A stretch of 44,802 nucleotides of DNA from Thermoproteota archaeon (GCA_027491435.1 JAOZFG010000021.1:1-44802), one strand, 5' to 3'; counted from the first letter of the stretch, positions 1 to 9,656 are shown. The notes: generated by a model from the letters alone, not told the origin. Made by a program: numbers and translations.

Positions 1-1689
1 TTTCGATTCGTTCACTTCCTCTTGACCTTCTCCCCCCGGCTGGGTCTCAGTCCTGTTGACCTGGGCCCAGTCGCTGGTCCTGTTCGTATGAGGTTGACCT
101 TCAGGGCTTGTCTGATCGGCTGACTCGTTAGAGTTGCCGGGATTTGTCTGATTTGCAGAGTCGTCCTCCTGACCATCGTCGGGGAGCTTAACTATTAGAG
201 AGGCTACATCAGTGGCTACAACCCCATCTATGTCCTGAGCCTTGGCTGTGAACGTGAGGGCGCCGTTGACTGAGCTCGACTGTCTAGGCACCTCGTAGTT
301 TACGACTCCCCCATCCGGACTTAACTGGAACCTTTCACCGGTCTCCTTCACTATGAGCTCCACCTGGAGGCCCTCAGCGTCGTCAGAGGCCGTTACTGTC
401 ACGGTCACAACATCCCCCGGGCTCGCTTCCGAAGCGCTCAGCGAGACGTTGACCTCTGGCTCTAGGTTTTCAACGGTTACTGGCCAAGAAACGTTGGTCC
501 ACCCGTCGACGTCCCCAGCGCTGACCTCTAACGTGTAATTGGAGGCTAGTATATCCCTAGGAACGGCTATCTCCTGATTCCCTTCGGATAAGCTTAACTT
601 GAGAGGTCCGAAGCTGAGCTCTCCCCTAACATCATCTCCGTCTTCCTCGCTTATCGATACGGTTATGAGGTCCCCCCTATGGACCTTTGGTGGGACGTCC
701 CCCTCTACCCTAGGCGGGGATCCCAGCACCGTCACCTTGAAGGACTTGGAGAAGTTCCCGTCAGAATCCCTGACGAAGGCCTCTAAGCTGTACTCTCCGG
801 CTTTAACGTGGGGAACCTCCACTTGGTAGCTGCCCGTCCCGCTTACCTCTATCGTGTTGTTAAAGGCCCTGATGAAGCCCGTGACCTCATCCCCGTCGAC
901 CTCCTCCACGATAACTGGTATTTGAGACCCCTTCCTGAAGCTACCTCCAGACAGCCTTACCGTAGGCGGATCGCCCAGCACCCTTAAGCTCCTACGGGAG
1001 TACTTGGTATCGCTTATCCCGCCGTACTCCTTAGTGACTTTGACTGATACCTCATACACGCCTTTTCTGACGTTTGGAACGGTTATTTTGTGGGAGAAGG
1101 TCCCCTTTCTAGTCCTAGGTATCGTATAATAGGACCCAAATACCTTTGCCCTTACTGAAAGAGTTCCATAGCCGTCGTCAACCTCGTCTAAGCCTGTAAC
1201 CGTCAGGGTGAATTGTTTACCCCTCCTAACCTTGGAGGGGCTCAGGTAGACGTTAAACCTAGGCACCCCAACGGAGTAAGTTGAGCCCAGAGACTCGGTG
1301 GCCGTTAGAGTCTCAGTACAGATCTCCTCTTTCATTTCCTCATCGTAAAAGCAGTAGGAGTACTTTACCACGGCCCTAGCAGATCCCGTACCCAGTGAAG
1401 AGGCGAGCAGGTTGGCTGATACGCTGCCTCCGTTCACGTTAACTGAGCTCAGGGAGAGCGAGCCGCTAACTGATACGGTGGCAGATGAGACCTCGCACCT
1501 AGTCACCTGACCTACCACTTCCTTCGAGTAGGTGTAGGCCACAGTCACCCTGTTTCCGTAGCTAACAGCCCTCGGGAGGCCTTGACTTACGCTTATATCT
1601 ATTTCGCACCTGGGCCTGTCTCCCACCACGTTCAGGTTGATGGAAGAGAGCAGCAACATAAAGGCCAGCAAGATTGAGGCCTTGTTCAT
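1..1689 (-). CDS. Large secreted/surface protein with tandem Ig/cadherin-like repeats (3' end runs off the window edge; absent from the ORF track)
   Basis: ATG at 1689 gives MNKASILLAFMLLLSSINL (signal peptide). My manual translation stays open to base 1 (563 codons). Repeats read VLGDPPTV..EEVDGDEVTG / VLGSPPRV..EEDGDDVRG / VENLEPEV..SDDAEG, followed by an acidic low-complexity linker. Confidence 0.85.
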   Translation of the reverse strand, partial: MNKASILLAFMLLLSSINLNVVGDRPRCEIDISVSQGLPRAVSYGNRVTVAYTYSKEVVGQVTRCEVSSATVSVSGSLSLSSVNVNGGSVSANLLASSLGTGSARAVVKYSYCFYDEEMKEEICTETLTATESLGSTYSVGVPRFNVYLSPSKVRRGKQFTLTVTGLDEVDDGYGTLSVRAKVFGSYYTIPRTRKGTFSHKITVPNVRKGVYEVSVKVTKEYGGISDTKYSRRSLRVLGDPPTVRLSGGSFRKGSQIPVIVEEVDGDEVTGFIRAFNNTIEVSGTGSYQVEVPHVKAGEYSLEAFVRDSDGNFSKSFKVTVLGSPPRVEGDVPPKVHRGDLITVSISEEDGDDVRGELSFGPLKLSLSEGNQEIAVPRDILASNYTLEVSAGDVDGWTNVSWPVTVENLEPEVNVSLSASEASPGDVVTVTVTASDDAEGLQVELIVKETGERFQLSPDGGVVNYEVPRQSSSVNGALTFTAKAQDIDGVVATDVASLIVKLPDDGQEDDSANQTNPGNSNESADQTSPEGQPHTNRTSDWAQVNRTETQPGGEGQEEVNESK

Positions 1690-1756
1690 GGAGACCCCGT
1701 TAGGGGGTCATCTCACGTAAAAGCCACTCAACTGGTTCAACTCTAAGGTGTAACTT

Positions 1757-2173
1757 TCACCAGACTGCCAACACTATCATGCTTAAAGTGCCCTCCACCC
1801 CATCCCTCTCCCTTATTGTTTCTATCGCCTTGTTGAGGCTGGAGGGGTCGACGCTCACCACCTCAGCTACTATATCGTAGTCCCCGGTCACCTCGTAAGC
1901 CTTGACCACTTCGGGGATCTTGGATATGTACTCAGCCACTTTGGGTATCTGATAGCCTGACCTCACCTTTATGAGGACTATCGCCTTGAGGCCCGTCTCG
2001 CCCAGCTCTACAGTGAACTTCTTTATAACACCTTCCCTGATTAGCTTGTTAACTCTTTTTCTGATGGTAGCCTCACTTACCTTAAGTTCTTTAGCTATAT
2101 CCGTGAATGGCGTCCTAGCATTTTCAAGCAATCTCCTGAGGATGTGCCTGTCCAGCTCGTCCATAGTCATCAT
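1757..2173 (-). CDS. Lrp/AsnC family transcriptional regulator
   Basis: MDELDRHILRRLLENARTPFTDIAKELKVSEATIRKRVNKL HTH plus a C-terminal RAM domain (YEVTGDYD). Confidence 0.95.
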   Translation of the reverse strand: MMTMDELDRHILRRLLENARTPFTDIAKELKVSEATIRKRVNKLIREGVIKKFTVELGETGLKAIVLIKVRSGYQIPKVAEYISKIPEVVKAYEVTGDYDIVAEVVSVDPSSLNKAIETIRERDGVEGTLSMIVLAVW

Positions 2174-2222
2174 GTATTCGTACCTTAGTTAAGTTAAATA
2201 GTTATGGCTGTTCGATAATTAG

Positions 2223-3491
2223 GTGAAAAAGTTGGTGGATATTAGGGACGTGTTAGAAGGTAGGGTTCCCGAGGGGGAGGAGGTCTCCCTGACCGGCGAG
2301 GTGGTGGACCTCCTCCCACTAATAGCCATCGGTGACATAAGGTATGGGAGGCTCAGGATATCTGACGGGAAGGACTCGATAGTCCTCATGATACAGCAGG
2401 GGTCTGGCTACTACCTTCCAGGCGACGTGCTCGAGGTCAGGGGGAAGGTGAGGCCGTGCCCCTTCATGCTATCTTTGAAGTGCGTGGAGACGGACCCTGA
2501 CATGATAAGGGTGAAGAGCTGGAAGTACGTCTCCCCGGAGGACAGGGGTAGCGTAGAGAGGCTGGGTCCCTTCTACCTGAAGTACCTGCTCTTCTTCACC
2601 AGCACTGATGAGAGAGTAGTAGACGTGCTGCTCAAGACCGGCCTGGAGCCTCTGAGGGTTCTCTCGCTGGCCAGGGAGATGGCGGCTAGGGGCGAGGACA
2701 TGAGGGGCCTTGTAGACGCCATTACGGCTATGGTGGCTTACTCCTACTTCTTAAAGGACTTGGAGGCAGCCAACACCGCCAACATAATCACGAAGCTCCT
2801 TCTGGGCGACGGAACTCTCCCTGATAAGTTCAAAGAGGCAATAGATCCTTTGGACAAGATGATATCCATAATGGTCAGTGCTGAGGGGCTTAGGGTCGTA
2901 GTTGAGCCCTCCCCCTCCATGGTAGGGCTAGTCAAGCTTTACCCGACGGCCTCGCCAGAGGAGCTTGATGACGTCTCCTTCCTGAGGCCTCTGACGGAGA
3001 GACTCATTCACCTCCTGAAGGAGGGGTCCAGCAGGCTGATAATAATTGAGATCATGCAGAAGGAGCTCATACCCATGGTCAGGAAAATGGGAGAGCTGAT
3101 TCCCGGTCTGGGCGAGGCTCCTCTCTACTACCTGGCAGTTCCCTCCCTGGAAAGCTCAGAGTCCTTTGGAGAGGCGGTTAGCAAGCTCATAAAGCTAGGA
3201 GAGGAGATGGAAAGCAAATCTGTAGTTTACTTGGAGTTCCCAGAGATACTGGTGCCGAGCGACGCCTTCATTTCCACAGCCAACGTGCCTGACGAGTGGA
3301 AGATGATGATGCACATAATGAGGAAAGACGTGATCGATTCCCTGAAGAAGGCCCTGGAGAAGGGATCAGTAGTGCTTGTGGTAACCATGTCCGCCACTTA
3401 CATATCCGAGGACCTGTTGGAGAGAGCCGACAAGGTTTACAGGGTGACCGCCTCAGGCGTAGTGGACGTCACCGAATCCGTTAAGCAGTAA
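2223..3491 (+). CDS. Hypothetical protein: N-terminal OB-fold, C-terminal degenerate AAA-like domain
   Basis: 422-aa ORF. EVSLTGEVVD..LRISDGKDSI..PGDVLEVRGKV is an OB-fold pattern. The C-terminal region has AAA-like spacing without an intact Walker A. Confidence 0.6.
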   Translation: MKKLVDIRDVLEGRVPEGEEVSLTGEVVDLLPLIAIGDIRYGRLRISDGKDSIVLMIQQGSGYYLPGDVLEVRGKVRPCPFMLSLKCVETDPDMIRVKSWKYVSPEDRGSVERLGPFYLKYLLFFTSTDERVVDVLLKTGLEPLRVLSLAREMAARGEDMRGLVDAITAMVAYSYFLKDLEAANTANIITKLLLGDGTLPDKFKEAIDPLDKMISIMVSAEGLRVVVEPSPSMVGLVKLYPTASPEELDDVSFLRPLTERLIHLLKEGSSRLIIIEIMQKELIPMVRKMGELIPGLGEAPLYYLAVPSLESSESFGEAVSKLIKLGEEMESKSVVYLEFPEILVPSDAFISTANVPDEWKMMMHIMRKDVIDSLKKALEKGSVVLVVTMSATYISEDLLERADKVYRVTASGVVDVTESVKQ

Positions 3492-3935
3492 GGACAGGAT
3501 CCTGTAGGTGAGACCCCACACCACCAGCCCGCCCATCACGAACGCTGGAGTGACGATTCGCCTGCCTGGTATGTAGGCTATCGTCCTCCTGGGGTTGAGC
3601 TCCACCCACCTAGCTTCTTCTACCTCTTTACCATCTGTTTTCGGCATCACCTCCTCACTCAACCTGAATAGGAAAGGCTTAACCCTCACCTTAGTTAGCA
3701 GGGTGCTCATGAACGGGAGTTCCCCCATCAGGTCCTCCTCAGAAAGTTGGATGCCCACCTCCTCTTGGGCTTCCCTGAGAGCAGCCTCTAGGCAGCTCTC
3801 CCCCTTCTTAGCCCTGCCTCCGGGGAATCCGACCTGCCAGAAGAACCTGTCCCCCTTTCTGGGCCTTCTCCTGATGAGGAGAACCCTCGCGCCCGACAGA
3901 ATGACGGCTACGGAGGCCTCACACATCCCAACCAT
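3453..3935 (-). CDS. Nudix hydrolase (CoA pyrophosphatase-like)
   Basis: Nudix box FPGGRAKKGESCLEAALREAQEEVG and the C-terminal VWGLTYRIL typical of the CoAse subfamily. Confidence 0.9.
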   Translation of the reverse strand: MVGMCEASVAVILSGARVLLIRRRPRKGDRFFWQVGFPGGRAKKGESCLEAALREAQEEVGIQLSEEDLMGELPFMSTLLTKVRVKPFLFRLSEEVMPKTDGKEVEEARWVELNPRRTIAYIPGRRIVTPAFVMGGLVVWGLTYRILSLLLNGFGDVHYA

Positions 3936-3974
3936 TTTAAAAACTGATCAAAGAAAAGGATTACTGAGGGCCTT

Positions 3975-4760
3975 ATGCTGGACCTCCTCTACAAGATCCT
4001 GAGCAAGATCCAGATGCCCGTGTACACCAAGTACTTGGAGGGCTCCGTGAAGAAGGGGAAGATGCCCAGGCATATAGGGATCATACTGGACGGCAACAGG
4101 AGGTTTGCCAGGAAGATGGGCCTGAACTACTACGATGGATATAGGTTGGGGGCTAAAAAGGTTGAGGAGATACTTAACTGGCTGGACGATCTTGGAATAG
4201 AGCACATAACCCTTTACGTCTTCTCAACGGAGAACTTCGACAGGCCTAAGGAGCAGATAGAGGCCATAATGAGCGTCATAGAGGAACAGCTTAGAAGCCT
4301 GCTTAACGACTTAGACAGGTTGAGGAGATCCGGAATTAGATTTAGGGCCATAGGAAGGCTTGAAATGTTGCCGGAGAGGGTTAGAAAGTTGATAAGAGAG
4401 TTAGAGGAGAAGACTAGAGATTTTGGCGGCCGAACCCTCAATATAGCCGTCGCTTACGGCGGAAGAAGGGAGATAGTGGATTCCGTCAGGAAGATAGCCG
4501 AGAAGGTGCTTAGAGGTGAGCTGAGACCCGAAGAGATAGATGAAGAGGTTATAAGGGAGCACTTGTACGCCCCTGATCTGCCAGACCCCGACCTCATAAT
4601 AAGGACCTCTGGGGAGGAGAGGTTGAGTAACTTCCTGCTCTGGCAATCCGCCTACTCCGAGCTCTACTTCTGCGAGGCTTATTTGCCGGAGTTCAGAAAG
4701 GTCGACCTGTTGAGGGCGATAAGGAACTACCAGAGGAGGGAGAGGAGGTACGGGAGGTAA
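3975..4760 (+). CDS. uppS: cis-prenyltransferase (undecaprenyl/polyprenyl diphosphate synthase)
   Basis: Motifs PRHIGIILDGNRRFA, FSTENFDR, YGGRREI, PDLIIRTSGEERLSNFLLWQSAYSE and RRYGR. Confidence 0.97.
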   Translation: MLDLLYKILSKIQMPVYTKYLEGSVKKGKMPRHIGIILDGNRRFARKMGLNYYDGYRLGAKKVEEILNWLDDLGIEHITLYVFSTENFDRPKEQIEAIMSVIEEQLRSLLNDLDRLRRSGIRFRAIGRLEMLPERVRKLIRELEEKTRDFGGRTLNIAVAYGGRREIVDSVRKIAEKVLRGELRPEEIDEEVIREHLYAPDLPDPDLIIRTSGEERLSNFLLWQSAYSELYFCEAYLPEFRKVDLLRAIRNYQRRERRYGR

Positions 4761-5647
4761 TGGAGACGAAGGTTGAGGTTATGGACATTTACGTTAACTT
4801 GGAAGACCTCATAGAGGAGTACGGATTGGACGTTGAATTTCAGCCCGTTAAGTCTGATGTCGGATCCCTTTACAGGTTAAAAAATTATGGAGTGTTTGTT
4901 TACGAAGATGTGGACTTAGTAGAGCTTCAGAAGAGGCCATACATAGTTGGAAGGGAGTTCAGAAGGCACATCGTCCCCTTCAAGGAGAGGCTCGAGAAGG
5001 TGGTGAACAAGCTGTTCCCGCCGAGTTTCGGGAGGAGAAGTCTGATCCCAGTCGGGAGGGCCCCTAATTACCTTAGGGTCCAGCTGAGCCCTTCAGAAGG
5101 CAGGATCGCCCCCGTATTCTACGGGAAGTTCGTGGGCCCTAAAGAGGTAGGGGAAGTGGAGGGCTGGTTGAGGAACTTTCTAGATGAGGTCTCCGTCTTC
5201 ATGATCTACGGCTTCGTCTCGGTCCAGGCTTTAGAGGGTTTGAGGTCACTTTCCGAGTCCTTAGGACCTGACATGATAGTCCTGTCGCTCTCGGCCCTGC
5301 CTAGCTCCGACAGCGAGGGAAGGCAAGTCATTTACGGGCCGGACATAGGGAAGCTCAGGGAGGAGACCTTCAAGCCCCTGGGCGGGGCCTTACCCAAGGA
5401 AGTTCTGGTGAACCTCCTGGACTCCTACGCCCCGGGCACGAGCGTATACGTAGACGAGGCTAGGTACTCTAGCGAGTGCTCTGAGCTGGGGGATTACTAC
5501 AGGTCCCTGGTGGAGGACCTTCAGCTCCTTTTAGAGAGTCCGGTCCTGGACTCTTGGCAGTATGAGGTGACCTACAGGCTCATGAAGGAGGTGTTCGAGG
5601 AGGTCGACCTGTGTGGACTGTCAGGAGAGGATTTTAACGGCATCTAA
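4760..5647 (+). CDS. Hypothetical protein
   Basis: 295-aa ORF coupled to uppS (TAATG overlap) with host-like codon usage. No family recognised. Confidence 0.75.
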   Translation: METKVEVMDIYVNLEDLIEEYGLDVEFQPVKSDVGSLYRLKNYGVFVYEDVDLVELQKRPYIVGREFRRHIVPFKERLEKVVNKLFPPSFGRRSLIPVGRAPNYLRVQLSPSEGRIAPVFYGKFVGPKEVGEVEGWLRNFLDEVSVFMIYGFVSVQALEGLRSLSESLGPDMIVLSLSALPSSDSEGRQVIYGPDIGKLREETFKPLGGALPKEVLVNLLDSYAPGTSVYVDEARYSSECSELGDYYRSLVEDLQLLLESPVLDSWQYEVTYRLMKEVFEEVDLCGLSGEDFNGI

Positions 5648-6215
5648 CGAGCTCTTAGAAGCCTTGTCTTACGGATGTGAGGGGTTCTCCAGGTCTGTGG
5701 CCGGGATAGTGGAGTGCAGAACACCGACTAGAGGGGTCCTCCCCACCTACGTCATGTACCAGTTGGGAGACCTACTGGGAAGGCGATTGAGGGACCCGGC
5801 AGGCTCGATAAAGGGCATCCTTAGGTGTTGGGTCAAGGGGGGCAGGGAGGTTAGGTTCATACTTTCGGTGGCCCTGGGCAGGGTGGCCATGGCCTACCCC
5901 CGAGAAGTCGAGGTCTACCTGGCTGAAGTCCTTCACCTGGACGACGGCTCCTTATCTAAGTGGGTAGTGCCCATCCTAATGATCTGGGACAAGGGATCCT
6001 TCTTCAGGTTGCTCCACAGGAACGAGGCCGCTAAATGGCCCCTCATAGAATCCCTAGTTTGGTACACCAAGTATTCTCCGGAGGACGCAGACTATGCCCT
6101 TTACGCCTTGAGCACGCTGTCAATCGAGGGGGATCCCAGGTACAGGAAGGTCGTCGAGTCCATAAACAGGGTTAGGTCTGTCAACCAGAGGGTTGAACGG
6201 ACCAGGGCCACCTAG
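5613..6215 (+). CDS. Hypothetical alpha-helical (HEAT/AlkD-like) protein
   Basis: 200-aa ORF overlapping the upstream gene. Helical repeat-like pattern (GGREVRFILSVALGRVAMAYP). Confidence 0.6.
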   Translation: MDCQERILTASNELLEALSYGCEGFSRSVAGIVECRTPTRGVLPTYVMYQLGDLLGRRLRDPAGSIKGILRCWVKGGREVRFILSVALGRVAMAYPREVEVYLAEVLHLDDGSLSKWVVPILMIWDKGSFFRLLHRNEAAKWPLIESLVWYTKYSPEDADYALYALSTLSIEGDPRYRKVVESINRVRSVNQRVERTRAT

Positions 6216-6867
6216 CTGGCTTAACCATCACGTGCTCCTCACCTAAGTCCATCTTCTCAAGCCACATGTCCATGGTTATGTTCATATCGGGGCTCGAGGA
6301 TCTAGTCTGAGCCTTCACCAGGGCTCCGGTCTCGACGTCGTACATCAAGTATAGAGAGGCCTTTCCAGACTGAGCGTAGTTCTCAACCTCGTACCTGTAC
6401 TTGTAGACCGTGTAAATGTTACCTCCAGACGACACAGAGTCCAGCCCATCGTAAGTGAGCTCAATGGGCGCTCCCCTACCGCCGAACGGCAGGACTATGT
6501 TCCTGGTGCCCAGCACCTCGACCGGCAAAGCTATGTAAGGAAAGAAGACTTGGGCGCAATCTTTAGTGACCTGCCCCCGCTCAACGAAGCAGACCTGGTA
6601 GTAGGGCCAAGTAAAGTTCCTTATCACGAACTCCCTGACTGAATCCGTGTAGACCTTCTTGGTACCGTTAGGATAGTAGCCAACCGCACGGAAGTGCTGA
6701 GCCAAGGTCGAGTTCTCCCCGACCTTGAAGGTGAGCTCGCTCAGCTTCTGATAAACCTCGTTGAAGCTCTTGTCAACCTTTGAGGTTAACACGACCACGT
6801 TTAGATATAGAACGCCTACCATGAGCGCCGCTGCTAAGGCTATGATGCCTACCACGTACCCTTTCAT
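6181..6867 (-). CDS. Hypothetical exported/membrane-anchored protein
   Basis: N-terminal hydrophobic helix, a beta-rich body (YDVETGALVKA) and NxS/T sequons. Confidence 0.75.
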   Translation of the reverse strand: MKGYVVGIIALAAALMVGVLYLNVVVLTSKVDKSFNEVYQKLSELTFKVGENSTLAQHFRAVGYYPNGTKKVYTDSVREFVIRNFTWPYYQVCFVERGQVTKDCAQVFFPYIALPVEVLGTRNIVLPFGGRGAPIELTYDGLDSVSSGGNIYTVYKYRYEVENYAQSGKASLYLMYDVETGALVKAQTRSSSPDMNITMDMWLEKMDLGEEHVMVKPARWPWSVQPSG

Positions 6868-6917
6868 CCCTTAAACCCAACCTTTAACACAATCTAACTA
6901 TAAGAACTTAACTAGGT

Positions 6918-7715
6918 GTGCCTATGAGGGAGGAGCTTAACCGTACAGGCGTCCTCGTAGCCAAGCTGGGGCTTGGGACTTACACGCTGGACTCCATCCC
7001 CAGGGAGAGGGCCGTGTCAGTAATAAGGCGTGCTATAGACTTGGGGATGAACTTGATAGACACAGCTGAGATGTACGGCTGGGGAAAAGTAGAGGAGCTA
7101 GTGGGTGAGGCAATTAAGCCTTACGACAGGGAGGATTACTTCCTAGTGAGTAAGGTCTGGGGGACCAACCTGGGCTACGAGGGCGTGATCAAGGCAGCGA
7201 AGGCCAGCGTAAAGAGGCTGGGCACCTACATAGATCTCTACCTTATACACTGGCCTAACCCCAGGTACCCCCTGGAGGAGACCCTGAAGGCCTTCAGAGA
7301 GCTCAAAAGGGAGGGGCTCATCAGGTTCAGCGGGGTCAGCAACTTCTCCTTGGGTCAGCTTAAGGAGGCGATGAGATACGATGAGATAGTTGTCAACCAA
7401 GTAGAGTACCATCTGAACAACAGGGAGCCTGAAAGGGGACTTCTGCAATTCTGTCAGGAGGAGAGGATCACTCTAATGGCTTACAGCCCACTTGACAGGG
7501 GGAGGCTTGCTAGAAATCCGCCCAAGGTCCTCAGGGAGGTGGCTCAAGAGCTGGGAAGAACTCCCGCTCAAGTAGCTCTTAGATGGCTTATCTCAAAGAA
7601 AATGGTCGTAGCAATACCTAAAGCTGGCTCTATAGAACATCTTAAGGAGAATTATGGTGCTTTAAGCTTCAAAATTCCGGATCACCTTATGAAGAGGCTG
7701 GACTCGATGGCTTAA
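6918..7715 (+). CDS. Aldo/keto reductase
   Basis: Motifs LGLGT, IDTAEMYG, SKVW, YIDLYLIHWP, GVSNFS, AYSPL and AIPKA. Confidence 0.96.
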   Translation: MPMREELNRTGVLVAKLGLGTYTLDSIPRERAVSVIRRAIDLGMNLIDTAEMYGWGKVEELVGEAIKPYDREDYFLVSKVWGTNLGYEGVIKAAKASVKRLGTYIDLYLIHWPNPRYPLEETLKAFRELKREGLIRFSGVSNFSLGQLKEAMRYDEIVVNQVEYHLNNREPERGLLQFCQEERITLMAYSPLDRGRLARNPPKVLREVAQELGRTPAQVALRWLISKKMVVAIPKAGSIEHLKENYGALSFKIPDHLMKRLDSMA

Positions 7716-7769
7716 CATCTCATTCAATAACTTTATTAAGAAAGTAAGTTTACTAAATATGGTGGTCAA

Positions 7770-8363
7770 ATGGAGTTACTAAGAGAGGCTGCCATGTGGT
7801 TGGGATGGGTGATCCTCTCACCTGAGGAGGCCTTCGACTCGTACATAGCTGAGAAGAGGTCAGCCATGCTGCCGGTGCTAATCTACACCATAATCTCCTA
7901 CTCCTTGGGATCTCTGATACTGAGGAACATATCCTCTTGGGGGATAATGGCCCCCCTCAGCCCCATACTCGGACCTTTGAGCTACGTGACCGGGGTGACC
8001 ATATTAGGGATCTCTCTAGTGAACTTGGTGGTTTACACCGGGTTCGTTCACCTCATCGCGGGCCTTATGGGACACCATGAGGGGAGATGGGAGTCCTTCA
8101 TAGGTTTAGTGGGCTTCTCATCGCTGCCCCACCTGATACCGTCAACCCTGCTAGCTTCCTACGTGATAACGCCCAACCCCTGGATATTCGTTGTGGGGAT
8201 CACGCTGATGTTAGTCACGTTCATTTGGTCTGTGTACATGGTGATAGTGGCTGCTGCAGTAAACTACGGAATGGACAAGGGACGTGCCTTCTTGGCCTCG
8301 GTGATCTCTGTTGTCCTGGCCTTGCTGCTGCTGTCCGTCATAAGCAGAGTCTGGAGGTGGTGA
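7770..8363 (+). CDS. Yip1-family membrane protein
   Basis: ILSPEEAF start, five predicted TM helices, HLIAGLMG..G.W, GFSSLP and WSVY motifs. Confidence 0.8.
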   Translation: MELLREAAMWLGWVILSPEEAFDSYIAEKRSAMLPVLIYTIISYSLGSLILRNISSWGIMAPLSPILGPLSYVTGVTILGISLVNLVVYTGFVHLIAGLMGHHEGRWESFIGLVGFSSLPHLIPSTLLASYVITPNPWIFVVGITLMLVTFIWSVYMVIVAAAVNYGMDKGRAFLASVISVVLALLLLSVISRVWRW

Positions 8364-8364
8364 G

Positions 8365-9012
8365 ATGAAGGTGGATAGGAGGGAAGCGATAGGTTACGTC
8401 GTAATGGCAATGCTGGTCTTCTCATTGGTGGCCTCAGTGATCCCAGTGGAGCCGAAAACGAAGATAAGGCTGGGGCCAACCTGGTTCCCCTTGGAGAAGG
8501 GAGTCGAGTTCGTGGAAGAGCTGGACCCACAAGATGTAAGCTTTAAGCTACAGGCCGGAGAGCTGAAGGTCATTAACTCCGACGTTGAGAGGCCGTTGGC
8601 CAGAATATCTGGCTTTAAAACGGATGAGGGCGTAGCTGTCGGGGAGGTTCTGCTCGAACTTCCCAAGGGCTGGTCGGGCAGGCTGAACCTCTCTGTCAAG
8701 ATGGGGGAGCTTAAGCTCTCTGGAGCTGAGGTAGGCGAACTGATGGCTTCAATCGTAATGGGCTCCATAGACGGCACCGTCAAGGTGACTAGAGCTTTAA
8801 CTGTGAAGGGGACAGCTAACGAGGTTGACCTGACCATTATAGTACCTGAGAACGTTAAGGTCGTGCTGGAAGTTGACGCCAGGAGGTCAAGTATACTTGT
8901 GGACGGAAAGTCTTACGAGGGAGCCAGCCAACGCCTGACTTCAGGTGAGGGAACAGAATTGCCCCTGAAGGTAAAGGCCGGAAGGGTCAAGCTAGTGGTG
9001 ATAAGGGGGTAG
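8365..9012 (+). CDS. Membrane-anchored beta-solenoid protein (DUF4097/LiaF-like)
   Basis: One N-terminal TM followed by repeated strands ending in G-E/S-L/I (LQAGEL, VKMGEL, IVMGSI, VKAGRV) and LTIIVP. Confidence 0.6.
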   Translation: MKVDRREAIGYVVMAMLVFSLVASVIPVEPKTKIRLGPTWFPLEKGVEFVEELDPQDVSFKLQAGELKVINSDVERPLARISGFKTDEGVAVGEVLLELPKGWSGRLNLSVKMGELKLSGAEVGELMASIVMGSIDGTVKVTRALTVKGTANEVDLTIIVPENVKVVLEVDARRSSILVDGKSYEGASQRLTSGEGTELPLKVKAGRVKLVVIRG

Positions 9013-9014
9013 AG

Positions 9015-9656
9015 GTGTACATAACTAGGGCCAGGATACTTAGAGCTAAGAAGGTGCTAGACGCCCTGACAAGCGAGACTAAACTCAGGATACTTAAGAT
9101 TATAATGGAGAGGCCGTCATCGGCCAGCGACATAGCTAAAGAGCTCGGGTACACCTTGCCGGCCGTGACCTCACACCTGAAGGACCTGGAAGAGGCGGGG
9201 CTCATAAGGCTGGTGGAGAGGAGAAAGGGAAGGGGGAGGCCAGCCAAGCTCTACTCGTTGTCCACCAAGAGGGTGACCATAGACATAGACCTAGAATCCT
9301 TCCTAGAGCTCTCCTCCACCGACAACCTCGAGGAGCTGGCCAAGAGGTACGTGGAGTGGAAACTAGAAAACGGGCTTAACGGTATAAGCTCCAGGGAGAT
9401 AAGCAAGATGTTAAACGTCCCTAGGAGCGTGGCCATTGCGATAGTGGACCTGTTGAACCAGAGGCAAGAGCTGATAACTGAGCCTCTAAAAGATAAGTGC
9501 CTTAGCCTGATAGGCGAGGACTGGATCTCCATCTCAGAACTCTCTGAGAACCTGAAGGTGGACAGGAAGTGGTTGAACATGGCCCTCAAGGAGATGGAGG
9601 AGGAAGGCCTAGTGGAGGTAAGGAGGGGAAAGGTGAGGAAGGTCACAGCTCCATGA
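9015..9656 (+). CDS. ArsR-family wHTH regulator with additional HTH domains
   Basis: ALTSETKLRILK..SASDIAKELG..VTSHLKDLEEAGLI..GRGRP, with a second wHTH at the C-terminus. Confidence 0.85.
   Translation: MYITRARILRAKKVLDALTSETKLRILKIIMERPSSASDIAKELGYTLPAVTSHLKDLEEAGLIRLVERRKGRGRPAKLYSLSTKRVTIDIDLESFLELSSTDNLEELAKRYVEWKLENGLNGISSREISKMLNVPRSVAIAIVDLLNQRQELITEPLKDKCLSLIGEDWISISELSENLKVDRKWLNMALKEMEEEGLVEVRRGKVRKVTAP

Noticed and set aside
353-829. Plus-strand ORFs of 61 and 76 aa
   Set aside because: Ser/Thr/Pro-rich antisense shadows of the long minus-strand gene at 1..1689. The same applies to most short nested ORFs in the track.
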